A DNA stretch of 33,409 nt. Source: Ferruginibacter sp. (GTDB lineage Bacteria > Bacteroidota > Bacteroidia > Chitinophagales > Chitinophagaceae). The notes under the pieces are model-generated. The model was not told where the DNA came from. It did not search any database and saw only the letters and a list, made by a program, of their open reading frames with translations. Below are positions 7,719 through 16,799 of this stretch, piece by piece (the first letter of the stretch is position 1; each line of letters starts with the position of its first letter). The stretch is from the NCBI GenBank assembly GCA_031430955.1, contig JANPCM010000085.1. One strand, 5' to 3'. The translations under genes and the position numbers were made by a program.

Positions 7719-9638
7719 TTAATCTGGTTTTTTGCCTTCTAAAAAACTGTTGATGGTGCTGATCTCCGCCTGGTTATTATCGTCGGATTTTACAGTGTAG
7801 TTGCTGTAAAAATTTTCTACTTCTGCAATAGAATTATGTAATTCCATATTGCGGCGAAGGTAAGCTGGAACCATTTCAAACTCATTATTCGGATCGGCTG
7901 CATTGATGTTGAATGACAAATTACGCAGCTTCGCAATGCGTTCTATAGCCCGGCGCCTAAGTTCCTCTGTTTCGTCCTGCGGTGCAAGATCCTCAACATT
8001 GGACATCATGATGGGCTGAGTTTGTTGTACAAGTTGCTCTTCCTCCGCCGCTTGATGGGATTTAACTACCATCTGCATGTCTTCAATCCCGGTTTCGTCG
8101 GCCTTGATTGTTATCTGCAACGGCAGTAGCTCCTCTTTAGAATTGGATTTTGCTTCTGGCTGTTCCTCCACATAAATTTGTGCAGGCTTCGCCAATTTAA
8201 CCCCCGACGAAGGAGCATTGCTAGCATTTTTATTTGTTGAAATAATTGTTTGAACGCTGGTTTTAATAACGGGTTTTTCGCTGGGTACCGGAGTTGTGGG
8301 TATATCAAACGCTATTACAGGTGTTTGATCTTTCGCCGAAGATATTTCAAAAAACACAGGCGCTTCTTCAATTTTTTCCCCAAGCTTTTCCCCAGTAATT
8401 TTACCTGGTGGTTCTACTTTTATTTTTTCACTTTTAGTTTCTACCAGCTTAGGCATCATTTCATCTTCAACAAATTGCACAGCGGGTGTTTCACTTATTT
8501 CTGCAATGGCTTTATCCTCTTCTTCTTCAAATTGCAAAGTGGGTTGCTGTATTGGTTTTACAACTTTTAAAACAGGTATTTCTTTTACCGGCATCTCCAG
8601 TGTCATCACAATTTTATCGTCATCTTTCTTTACTTCTGTTGTTTCAACAGTTGCCTTTTTTTCAAACGGATCCTTATGTTCAAAACCTGTTGCTATTAAT
8701 GTAATACCAATCTGGCTGCCTAAACTATTATCGTAACCCAAACCTAAAATAACATCAGTATCTTCTCCTGCATTACTCAATAAATGATTTTGAATTACTT
8801 CCAATTCATCCATGGTAAACTCATGTTCGCCTTCAGCAGAATTAATATTTATCAAAATCCATTTTGCACCTTTAATGTCGTTATCGTTCAGCAATGGAGA
8901 GTTCAAAGCATTTTCAATAGCATCCTGTGCCCTGTTTTCGCCTTCGGCAGATGCGCTGCCTAAAATTGCTACACCACCATTACTCATTACTGTACATACA
9001 TCGGCAAAATCCACATTAATTTGACCGGTGCTGTTAATTACATCCGTAATACATTTTGCTGCAGTGGCTAAAACATTATCTGCTTTTGCAAAAGCTTCTT
9101 TCATTTTTAAATTACCAAACTGGTGGCGCAGTTTATCATTGCTTATCACCAGCAAAGTATCCACATGATTTTTCAACAGCATCACACCTTCTTCTGCCTG
9201 TGCAATTCTTTTCTTTCCTTCATAAGCAAACGGAGTGGTAACAATCCCCACCGTTAGTATACCTAAATCTTTACAAATTTTTGCTAAGATTGGTGCGCCA
9301 CCTGTACCGGTACCACCACCCATGCCGGCAGTAATAAATGCCATCTTGGTATTTACTTCCAGTATCCGTTTTATTTCTTCTAAACTTTCTTCGGTTGCCT
9401 GCCTGCCAATGGCAGGATTTGCACCAGCGCCTAAGCCTTGTGTTAAGTGCGGCCCCAACTGAATTTTGTTAGGCACTTTACTTAATGCAATTGCCTGTGC
9501 ATCTGTATTGCAAATAATAAAATTTACACCTTCAATGTTTTGCGAAAACATATGGTTAACTGCATTGCTGCCACCGCCGCCAACTCCAATCACTTTAATA
9601 ATGGAGGATTGTTCTTTTGGCAAATCAAAATGTATCAT
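7719..9638 (-). CDS. ftsZ: Cell division protein FtsZ with a long C-terminal linker
   Basis: IKVIGVGGGGSNAV, tubulin signature GMGGGTGTG, INVDFADV; C-terminal VPAYLRR peptide. Confidence 0.99.
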   Translation of the reverse strand: MIHFDLPKEQSSIIKVIGVGGGGSNAVNHMFSQNIEGVNFIICNTDAQAIALSKVPNKIQLGPHLTQGLGAGANPAIGRQATEESLEEIKRILEVNTKMAFITAGMGGGTGTGGAPILAKICKDLGILTVGIVTTPFAYEGKKRIAQAEEGVMLLKNHVDTLLVISNDKLRHQFGNLKMKEAFAKADNVLATAAKCITDVINSTGQINVDFADVCTVMSNGGVAILGSASAEGENRAQDAIENALNSPLLNDNDIKGAKWILININSAEGEHEFTMDELEVIQNHLLSNAGEDTDVILGLGYDNSLGSQIGITLIATGFEHKDPFEKKATVETTEVKKDDDKIVMTLEMPVKEIPVLKVVKPIQQPTLQFEEEEDKAIAEISETPAVQFVEDEMMPKLVETKSEKIKVEPPGKITGEKLGEKIEEAPVFFEISSAKDQTPVIAFDIPTTPVPSEKPVIKTSVQTIISTNKNASNAPSSGVKLAKPAQIYVEEQPEAKSNSKEELLPLQITIKADETGIEDMQMVVKSHQAAEEEQLVQQTQPIMMSNVEDLAPQDETEELRRRAIERIAKLRNLSFNINAADPNNEFEMVPAYLRRNMELHNSIAEVENFYSNYTVKSDDNNQAEISTINSFLEGKKPD

Positions 9639-9654
9639 AGTTGTTTGTTTTAAA

Positions 9655-9682
9655 GCCCCCTAAATCCCCTAAGGGGGACTTT
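9655..9682 (+). repeat. REP-like hairpin (CCCCTAAATCCCCTAAGGGGGACT family)
   Basis: GCCCCCTAAATCCCCTAAGGGGGACTTT; related copies at other gene junctions in this window. Confidence 0.8.
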
Positions 9683-9789
9683 GAAGAACTGTTAGAATTT
9701 ATACAGCACCTAATTTTCGATTAGTAAACAAGGAAAAATATGTACTGAACATTAATATTGGGTTAGTTAAGAATTTTTTTTTAAACGGT

Positions 9790-9840
9790 CATTTAATCTT
9801 TAATCATCATTGTTGTGTCACTTCCCGATTTTTATCGGGA
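9790..9840 (+). repeat. 5' half of a dispersed repeat (family 2), truncated by a TCCCGAT-tttt-ATCGGGA mini-palindrome
   Basis: 9790-9822 matches 23486-23518 at 30/33 nt; palindrome at 9823-9840. Confidence 0.8.
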
Positions 9841-9897
9841 TACTATTATTTCTTTATTCATCTTTAATTATGTTATGCTATCCTATGCGTCTTCGAA

Positions 9898-9942
9898 ATA
9901 ATCTTCTCCATTTCCCTCCCCTCCGGGGAGGATAGGAGGGGC
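9898..9942 (-). repeat. REP-like hairpin abutting the ftsA stop codon
   Basis: Minus strand GCCCCTCCTATCCTCCCCGGAGGGGAGGGAAATGGAGAAGATTAT aligns with the plus-strand copy at 12718-12758. Confidence 0.8.
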
Positions 9943-11312
9943 TACAATTTTGCGTCCTCTTCTTCTTTAAATAAATCTATCAATCCAATTTTAAAAGAAT
10001 CCATAAAACCTTTTAATGTTTTGCGCTGTTTAACTTTTACAGCTTTAGTGTCTTCCACCACATCAAGCGTTTCGTCAACAGGTTGCTGCTGCAAACTTTC
10101 GGGCACTTCCACTTTTCTGAAAGTTTCTTCAAACTGTTTGTTTTTATTCTCATAATCATTGTAGCCTTTTAATATTAAACCAATACAGGTGCTGTACATG
10201 GGTTTTGCCAACTCATCAATATGGCCGGCTGCAAGATGTTCATTAGGATAACCAATTCGTGCATTCAATCCTGTTACATACTCTGTTAACTGAATTAAAT
10301 GTTTTAATTGAGAACCTCCACCAGTTAATATTACACCGCCGTTCAACATTCTTGTATCCAGCCCAACCTGTTTTAAATGATAAGTAACAAAATCCATTAT
10401 CTCACTCATACGTGCCTGTATAATGCCTGCTAAATTTTTTACAGAAATTTCTTTTGGCGCCATACCACGTAAACCCGGAATTGTAATGAATGCATTTGAT
10501 TTTGCTTCGTCGCTCAATGCACTTCCGAACTGCACTTTCATTTGCTCTGCCTGAGTTTTTAAAACCCCTAATCCGGTTTTAATATCGTTGGTAATATTTT
10601 CGCCGCCGAAAGGGATAACCGCAGTATGTTTTAAAATGCCTTCGTAAAAAACGGCAAGGTCTGTTGTACCGCCGCCAATATCTACAATGGCAACACCAGC
10701 TTCTAAATCCTGGTCGCACATTACTGCAGCTGCAGAAGCCAATGGTTGCAATACCAAATCTTTTGTTTGCAAGCCTGCTTTTTCAACACTGCGGTTAATG
10801 TTGCGGATAGCATTTTTATCTCCGGTTATTATATGAAAGTTAGCACCCACTTTTACACCACTGTATCCAATGGGGTTGGGGATATTTTGAAAATTATCTA
10901 CTGTAAATTCCTGCGGAATAACATCAATAATTTGATCTCCTGCAGGAATATAAGTACGGTATTGATCTGCAACTAAGCGGTCAATTTCTTCCTGGCGAAT
11001 TTCTTCTTCAATACTTTGCCTTACAATATCGCCACGTGTTTGCAAACTTTTTATATGATGGCCAGCAATACCTACATACACTTCTCCAATTTCTAAATTG
11101 GGGTTACTGTCGTAGCAATTTTTTAATGCCATTTCAATGGCCTTAATAGTTTGATCGATGTTTAACACCATGCCGTGTTGTACACCGTTACTGTTGGCAC
11201 GGCCAAAACCTAGAATTTCAAGTTTGCCGTATTCGTTTTTACGTCCGGCAATAGCAGCAATTTTTGTGGTGCCGATATCGAGTCCTACAATGATGGGTTG
11301 TTCGTGATGCAT
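9942..11312 (-). CDS. ftsA: Cell division protein FtsA
   Basis: VGLDIGTTKI, IVDIGGGTTD and ILTGGGSQL motifs; lies between ftsQ and ftsZ. Confidence 0.99.
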   Translation of the reverse strand: MHHEQPIIVGLDIGTTKIAAIAGRKNEYGKLEILGFGRANSNGVQHGMVLNIDQTIKAIEMALKNCYDSNPNLEIGEVYVGIAGHHIKSLQTRGDIVRQSIEEEIRQEEIDRLVADQYRTYIPAGDQIIDVIPQEFTVDNFQNIPNPIGYSGVKVGANFHIITGDKNAIRNINRSVEKAGLQTKDLVLQPLASAAAVMCDQDLEAGVAIVDIGGGTTDLAVFYEGILKHTAVIPFGGENITNDIKTGLGVLKTQAEQMKVQFGSALSDEAKSNAFITIPGLRGMAPKEISVKNLAGIIQARMSEIMDFVTYHLKQVGLDTRMLNGGVILTGGGSQLKHLIQLTEYVTGLNARIGYPNEHLAAGHIDELAKPMYSTCIGLILKGYNDYENKNKQFEETFRKVEVPESLQQQPVDETLDVVEDTKAVKVKQRKTLKGFMDSFKIGLIDLFKEEEDAKL

Positions 11313-11332
11313 AGTTGTATGTTTTGTTTGTA

Positions 11333-11456
11333 CCCCTACCCCTTAAAAAGGAACAAGAATGTTTGTGTATGTTTATTTAATCTTTTCTATTAAATTTTTC
11401 TAATTTTCTTATTTATATTTTATTATACAATCATTCCCCTTTTAAGGCACAGGAGC
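11333..11456. repeat. Inverted pair of degenerate REP-like hairpins flanking the ftsQ-ftsA spacer
   Basis: CCCCTACCCCTTAAAAAGGAAC (11333-11354, +) and a minus-strand copy at 11433-11456 (GCTCCTGTGCCTTAAAAGGGGAAT) containing the ftsQ stop. Confidence 0.55.
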
Positions 11457-12710
11457 ATAATCATTTTTATTGGGCATTACCACTTTTGGTTTTGCCGGTA
11501 TTGGTTTAATAACTGAATTGATGATTGGTTTTTTAACAGGAGCAACAATATTACTCTTGCTAACTGGATTGGATTTTACAACTGCAGGTTTTGCAGCTAT
11601 TGGTTTTTTAGAAGAAATTGGATTGGATGCTGCCGTTTTTGTAACCGCAGGTTTTACAATGGGTAACGGATTAGTGTTTGCCGGAATTATTACCGGCTGA
11701 GTGGTTGTTGGCTGCGGAGGTAAATTATTTAAACGATGTGATGTTTCGTAATTATCTTCTCTTTGTATCGATTGCTGAATCATACTGCTGTCGGCAGTAT
11801 TGTTATTATTATCCTGCAAAATTGTTTGTACAGAATCTTCTGACTGCTTTGCAGCATTGGATGCAATAATTTGCATTATTTGTATTGTTCTAATTGAGTC
11901 GGCCGTTTTTTCTTCGGCACCTTTTATTTTTGCCACCACCTGGTTTTTAAACTGCACATTAATTACACTGTATTTATTCCAGCCGGTTTTTACCATTACA
12001 TTTTTATAAAATAACTGCAGCTTATTAAATTTTTCTTCGGCATCAGTTGCATCGCCAAACACAATTAACTGGTTACCAATTTTAGGAACCATTTCAAAAT
12101 TTCTTTCCGCAGTAATATCTACCTGGTCTATCATCGCCATTCTAAAAGTATCTTTTTGAATGGCGATGCTGATATTTTTTATATCATTTAATAAACTACT
12201 GTCGGCTGCTGATAAAACAATATTTTCCGAAGGAAAACCAGTGAACACCGGCAGCCTTGCAGAAAATTTATCGCTTAGTGGCAACATCGTTAATGCAGTA
12301 TCAATATAAAAAGATGTACCGGATGCTGTAAATACTCTTGCTACAGGTTCTCTCTCCCGCAGATTTACTTTTAAGATATCATTATTATCAAAGAATAACT
12401 CCGCATTTTTTACCCACTTACTTTTTTCCAGTTCTGTTTCAATTTTTCTTAAATCGAACGAGCCTATTGCCTGGCCAATGGGATTGGTTTTGCAAACATT
12501 TTTTATTGCATTTAAAATATCATCTTCATCAACAAATTTTGGACCGCCAGTATTTTCAATACCGGATATTTTTATTTCAACATCTTTACATTTTTTTAGA
12601 TCATTTTTTTTAATAGCAGCTACCAGCAGCACAGTTGTACTTACTCCTACAGTTAACCATAATATGGCAAAAAGTATTTTTTTAATGCTGTATCGTTTTT
12701 GTTTGTTCAT
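11442..12710 (-). CDS. ftsQ: Cell division protein FtsQ/DivIB with a Pro/Lys-rich C-terminal extension
   Basis: One N-terminal TM helix, POTRA-like region (IETELEKSKWVKNAEL..REPVARV), YSVINVQFKNQVV; between murC and ftsA. ATG 12710 preferred because TTG 12734 lies inside a REP. Confidence 0.9.
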   Translation of the reverse strand: MNKQKRYSIKKILFAILWLTVGVSTTVLLVAAIKKNDLKKCKDVEIKISGIENTGGPKFVDEDDILNAIKNVCKTNPIGQAIGSFDLRKIETELEKSKWVKNAELFFDNNDILKVNLREREPVARVFTASGTSFYIDTALTMLPLSDKFSARLPVFTGFPSENIVLSAADSSLLNDIKNISIAIQKDTFRMAMIDQVDITAERNFEMVPKIGNQLIVFGDATDAEEKFNKLQLFYKNVMVKTGWNKYSVINVQFKNQVVAKIKGAEEKTADSIRTIQIMQIIASNAAKQSEDSVQTILQDNNNNTADSSMIQQSIQREDNYETSHRLNNLPPQPTTTQPVIIPANTNPLPIVKPAVTKTAASNPISSKKPIAAKPAVVKSNPVSKSNIVAPVKKPIINSVIKPIPAKPKVVMPNKNDYAPVP

Positions 12711-12717
12711 TCCGGCC

Positions 12718-12758
12718 GCCTCTATCTCCCCCAAAGGGGAGGAAAAGGAGAAGATTAT
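12718..12758 (+). repeat. REP-like hairpin in the murC-ftsQ spacer
   Basis: GCCTCTATCTCCCCCAAAGGGGAGGAAAAGGAGAAGATTAT, homologous to 9898-9942 (-). Confidence 0.75.
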
Positions 12759-12764
12759 GTTTTA

Positions 12765-14180
12765 TTAATTACTGTTTGTTAATATTTTTTTTATTGGTTC
12801 TACTACTGTATCTATATCTCCTGCTCCTGCAGTTATCAGTAATTCTGTTTTACTATTTTTAATCCAGTCTAAAATTTCAGTTTTATGCAACACTTTTTTA
12901 TTGGTACTTTTCATTTTATTTAAAATCATTTCGCTGTTCACTCCTTCCATTGGTAATTCTCTTGCCGGATAAATGGGTAAAAGAATTATTTCATCTGCAC
13001 TGTCTAAACTTTCTGCAAAGCCATCTGCAAAATCTTTGGTGCGGCTAAACAGGTGTGGCTGAAAAATGATAGTACATTTTTTATCAGGAAATAATTTTTT
13101 TGCTCCGGTTAATAATGCTTTCAATTCATCTGGATGATGTGCATAGTCATCAATAAAAATTTGTTTTTCATTTTTAACTATATACTCAAACCTCCTTTTT
13201 ACCCCTTTAAAAGAACTTACTGCAGCTTTTATTTTTTCGTCTTCAATATTTAAATGATGCGCTACTGCAATGGCTGCAATCATATTTTCAATATTGTGCA
13301 TGCCGCCCATGTTCAATTCTACCTCATTTAATTTCCAGGTTATGGCAACCGGGTTTTTATAAATTATGTCGAACCGGTAACTGCCGTTACTCATTTTTAT
13401 ATTAGCAGCACATACATTTGCTTTTACATCATTTAAATGATACGTTAAATGATGCGATGCTTTTAATGCAGCTGTTCTGCTTAGTCCAAATTTGCTCAGC
13501 AACAAACCGCCGTCTTTTAGCTTTGTACTAAAATCAATAAATGCCTGCTCTACATTTTCTGCTGTGCCATAAATATCTAAATGGTCGGCATCCATTGCTG
13601 TTATTATCGCTACATCCGGACTTAATTTCAAAAAACTCCTATCGTATTCATCCGCTTCAACCACACAAACATTTTTTTCACTTGGCCAAAAATTACTGTT
13701 GTAGTTAACTGCAATGCCCCCAAGAAAAGCATTACAACCATAACCGCTGTGTTGTAAGATATGTGCCACCATTGCACTGGTTGTTGTTTTACCATGTGTA
13801 CCTGCTACACAAATATTAAAAGAGCTGCCTGTAATTGCACCCAGCACATCGCTGCGTTTTACAACAGCGTAATTATGTGCCAGGTAATAATTTAATTCTG
13901 CATGATCTTTTGGAACCGCCGGTGTATAAACTATTAATTGTGCATCTGTATCAATGAACTCAATATTATCTTCGTAATGCACTCTTATTCCTTCTGCTGC
14001 CAACTGCTTTGTTAAAGCAGTTTCTGTTTTATCGTAACCACTTACTGTAACATTCTTAGCATTGAAGTATCTTGCCAGCGCACTCATACCAATACCTCCA
14101 ATACCAATTAAATAAATTCTGCCCCCGTTCCCTGAAGGGGAGTTCTTCATCGAGTCTACAATTTCTTTTACATCTTTCAT
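12765..14180 (-). CDS. murC: UDP-N-acetylmuramate--L-alanine ligase
   Basis: IGIGGIGMSALA, AGTHGKTTTS, EADEYD, GVKRRFE and DDYAHHP motifs; start could be ATG 14150. Confidence 0.99.
   Translation of the reverse strand: MKDVKEIVDSMKNSPSGNGGRIYLIGIGGIGMSALARYFNAKNVTVSGYDKTETALTKQLAAEGIRVHYEDNIEFIDTDAQLIVYTPAVPKDHAELNYYLAHNYAVVKRSDVLGAITGSSFNICVAGTHGKTTTSAMVAHILQHSGYGCNAFLGGIAVNYNSNFWPSEKNVCVVEADEYDRSFLKLSPDVAIITAMDADHLDIYGTAENVEQAFIDFSTKLKDGGLLLSKFGLSRTAALKASHHLTYHLNDVKANVCAANIKMSNGSYRFDIIYKNPVAITWKLNEVELNMGGMHNIENMIAAIAVAHHLNIEDEKIKAAVSSFKGVKRRFEYIVKNEKQIFIDDYAHHPDELKALLTGAKKLFPDKKCTIIFQPHLFSRTKDFADGFAESLDSADEIILLPIYPARELPMEGVNSEMILNKMKSTNKKVLHKTEILDWIKNSKTELLITAGAGDIDTVVEPIKKILTNSN
14121..14145 (+). 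repeat. REP-like hairpin inside the 5' end of murC
   Basis: GCCCCCGTTCCCTGAAGGGGAGTTC, translated on the minus strand as NSPSGNGG. Confidence 0.7.
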
Positions 14181-14205
14181 TCTGTTACAATCCCTGCTGG
14201 ATTTT

Positions 14206-15339
14206 TTAAATACAATTCAATATTTCTTTAGCAATAATTTCATCTGCATTAGTAATGCCCAGTTTGCTGATGTTAGTAATTAATTCATGTTGTTTATTTT
14301 CACTTCTAGATAAACTGACAATTGCTGTTACCAACTTATCTAACGCCTCATTATCTTTTACCATTATGCCAGCATTTATATTAACTAAACTTTGTGCATT
14401 TGCCGTTTGATGATCTTCCGCTGCAAAAGGAAATGGCACAAATACCGCCGGTTTTTTCGATACACATATTTCTGCAATTGCCATAGCACCGCTGCGGCTT
14501 ATTATTAAATCTGCTGCAGCGTAAGCATATTCCATTTGGGTAATAAAATCGTTTACCCAAATATTGCTTTTACCTTCAGCTCTTTCTTTTCCCTTTTCGG
14601 CATAAGGTTTACCTGTTTGCCAAATAAGTTGTAAATCATTTTTTTCAAACTCGTCGATGTGTTTATCTATCGCCTCGTTAATGCTTTTTGCACCCAGGCT
14701 GCCGCCAATGGAAAGAATAGTTTTTTTTTGTGGATCTAATCCAAAATAACTGATACCTTCCGCTCTTGTTAAAGTGCTGTGCGATATGGCGGCCCTTACC
14801 GGGTTACCCGTCTGCATTATTTTATTCCCGGGAAAAAATTTTTCCATTCCATCGCTGGCGGTAAAAATGCGGATGGCTTTTTTACCCAGCAGTATGTTGC
14901 TTTTGCCGGCAAATGAGTTACTCTCGTGAATAAAAGTTTTAATTTTTTTTGACTGGGCATAACGCAATACAGGATAACTTGAATAGCCGCCAACGCCAAT
15001 TACTGCTGTTGGATGAAACGAATTAAAAATTTGCCGCACCTGGAAAAAACTTTTTACCAGTTTATATGGTAAGCCAATATTTTTTATCAAAGAACTTCTG
15101 TTAAACCCTGCTATATCCAACCCTTTAATTTCAAAACCTGCCTGCGGTACTTTTTCCATTTCCATTTTTCCTTTTGCACCTATAAATAAAAAAGCTGTTT
15201 GCGGCTGCAATTTTTTTATGGCATTAGCAATAGCTATTGCCGGAAAAATGTGGCCGCCTGTGCCGCCACCTGCGATAATAATACCTCTGCCCCCTAAAGG
15301 CAAATCTGGATTATTACTATCATTTTTTTCTTCATTCAT
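14206..15339 (-). CDS. murG: Undecaprenyldiphospho-muramoylpentapeptide beta-N-acetylglucosaminyltransferase
   Basis: AGGGTGGHIFP, HESN, TGNPVR, GGSLGA, SRSGA and DHQTANA motifs. Confidence 0.99.
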   Translation of the reverse strand: MNEEKNDSNNPDLPLGGRGIIIAGGGTGGHIFPAIAIANAIKKLQPQTAFLFIGAKGKMEMEKVPQAGFEIKGLDIAGFNRSSLIKNIGLPYKLVKSFFQVRQIFNSFHPTAVIGVGGYSSYPVLRYAQSKKIKTFIHESNSFAGKSNILLGKKAIRIFTASDGMEKFFPGNKIMQTGNPVRAAISHSTLTRAEGISYFGLDPQKKTILSIGGSLGAKSINEAIDKHIDEFEKNDLQLIWQTGKPYAEKGKERAEGKSNIWVNDFITQMEYAYAAADLIISRSGAMAIAEICVSKKPAVFVPFPFAAEDHQTANAQSLVNINAGIMVKDNEALDKLVTAIVSLSRSENKQHELITNISKLGITNADEIIAKEILNCI

Positions 15340-15446
15340 TTATTAAACTCAATACCTTTACTGCTTTCAACATTTAAACAAATACTACATCAACTCTCTT
15401 CCAAGCTTCTACATCAATAATTCCCCCTTCAGGGGGCGGAGGGGGC
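15284..15446. repeat. Inverted REP-like pair straddling the ftsW-murG junction
   Basis: CCTCTGCCCCCTAAAGGCAAATC (15284-15306, in the murG 5' end) and TTCCCCCTTCAGGGGGCGGAGGGGGC (15421-15446, supplies the ftsW stop). Confidence 0.7.
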
Positions 15447-16679
15447 TGCGGGGGCTGGCTCTAACTGCTCCACATTTCTTGCAACACTTAAAATAATACC
15501 AATTGATAAACAGGTAAACAAAAAACTGCTGCCACCCATACTTACTAACGGTAACGTAACACCTGTATTAGGGAATGCATTTACTGCCACTCCCATATTT
15601 GCCATTGCCTGAATTACTAATGTGAAGCTTAATGCCAGCGCCAAAAATGCACCAAAGGCAAAAGGGCATTTTCTATACAATCTTATACAACGGTATAAAA
15701 ACAACAGGTAAATAAAAACCATAAATGCAGCGCCAAAAAAACCATACTCCTCAATAATTATTGCATAGATAAAATCGCTGTAAGAATGCGGTAAAAAATT
15801 TCTTGCTTCGCTGTTGCCGGGGCCCCTTCCCAACCATCCGCCATTAGCAATAGCAATTTTTGCCTGGTTAATCTGGTAGGTTTTTTCTGTTTCATCATTT
15901 TTACTGCTGTACACAAATGTTTGTATGCGGCTTACCCATGTTTTTACACGGCCTGCATCAAAAATTGCAGGTAATTCTTTTGCTTTATTGGCTGCTTTAT
16001 CATAATTAGTAACAGCAAGTGTAAATAAAAATATTACCGGTATCAAAGCAATGGCTATTGATAACAACATGTGTTTTGTATTTGCCCGCCCAATAAACAT
16101 GAGCATAAAACTTGTTGCACCCACCAGCAAAGCAGTAGATAAATTTGCCGGGGCAATAAGTGCACAGATAATTATGACCGGCGTAATGATCGGTAAAAAA
16201 CCTTTTTTAAAATCTTTAATTACATTTTGTTTACGGCTCAGCTGAAGGCTTAAATACATGAACAGCGCCAGCTTTGCCATATCGGATGTTTGCAAAGTCA
16301 TGTTAATTACCGGTAATTTTATCCAGCGGCTGCCCTTATTAATCTCTTCTCCAAAAAAAGTTGTATAAAACATTAATGGTATAGAAATTAAAAATAAGAT
16401 TTTGGCCACCCTTGCATAAATGGTATAATTAACCCGGTGTGCAAAATATATAACCAACAACCCAATAATTATAAATGCAAATTGCTTAAACAAATAACTT
16501 TCGTTGCTCTTACTGTATTTATAAGCCAATGAACCAGTACTGCTGTACACTACTAATAAACTTACCAGTGTAAGAATAACAACGATACCCCAAATAACAC
16601 GATCGCCTTTGGTTTTACTAACCAAATTGTTACTGATGTTTGGCGTAAATAATTCTTTTATGTTTATTAAACTTGCCAT
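15429..16679 (-). CDS. ftsW: SEDS peptidoglycan polymerase FtsW
   Basis: GSRWIKL, LQTSDMAK, LPHSYSDFIYAIIIEEYG, TGVTLPLVSMGGSS; between murD and murG. Confidence 0.97.
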   Translation of the reverse strand: MASLINIKELFTPNISNNLVSKTKGDRVIWGIVVILTLVSLLVVYSSTGSLAYKYSKSNESYLFKQFAFIIIGLLVIYFAHRVNYTIYARVAKILFLISIPLMFYTTFFGEEINKGSRWIKLPVINMTLQTSDMAKLALFMYLSLQLSRKQNVIKDFKKGFLPIITPVIIICALIAPANLSTALLVGATSFMLMFIGRANTKHMLLSIAIALIPVIFLFTLAVTNYDKAANKAKELPAIFDAGRVKTWVSRIQTFVYSSKNDETEKTYQINQAKIAIANGGWLGRGPGNSEARNFLPHSYSDFIYAIIIEEYGFFGAAFMVFIYLLFLYRCIRLYRKCPFAFGAFLALALSFTLVIQAMANMGVAVNAFPNTGVTLPLVSMGGSSFLFTCLSIGIILSVARNVEQLEPAPAAPSAP

Positions 16680-16680
16680 A

Positions 16681-16712
16681 CCCCTATCTCCGCCAGCTGG
16701 CGGAGGATTATT
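16681..16712 (+). repeat. REP-like element with a perfect CTCCGCCAGCTGGCGGAG palindromic core
   Basis: CCCCTATC-TCCGCCAGCTGGCGGA-GGATTATT; identical 18-mer at 30604 and 30829. Confidence 0.85.
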
Positions 16713-16799
16713 AATTTTTTATTTTTGCTTTATAATTATTCATTTCAACTTTTATTTTTTTACAGCTTTTTTAACAAGGTCAGACGAGACGTCAGACCT

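Noticed and set aside
7863-8308. Overlapping gene or simple encoded pattern in the GC-shifted ftsZ segment
   Set aside because: Alternative frames have frequent stops, the 65-aa ORF 8111-8308 has no features, and third-position patterns showed no regular period on manual inspection.
7719-8700. Very long FtsZ linker as a novelty
   Set aside because: Long acidic linkers are common in Bacteroidetes FtsZ.
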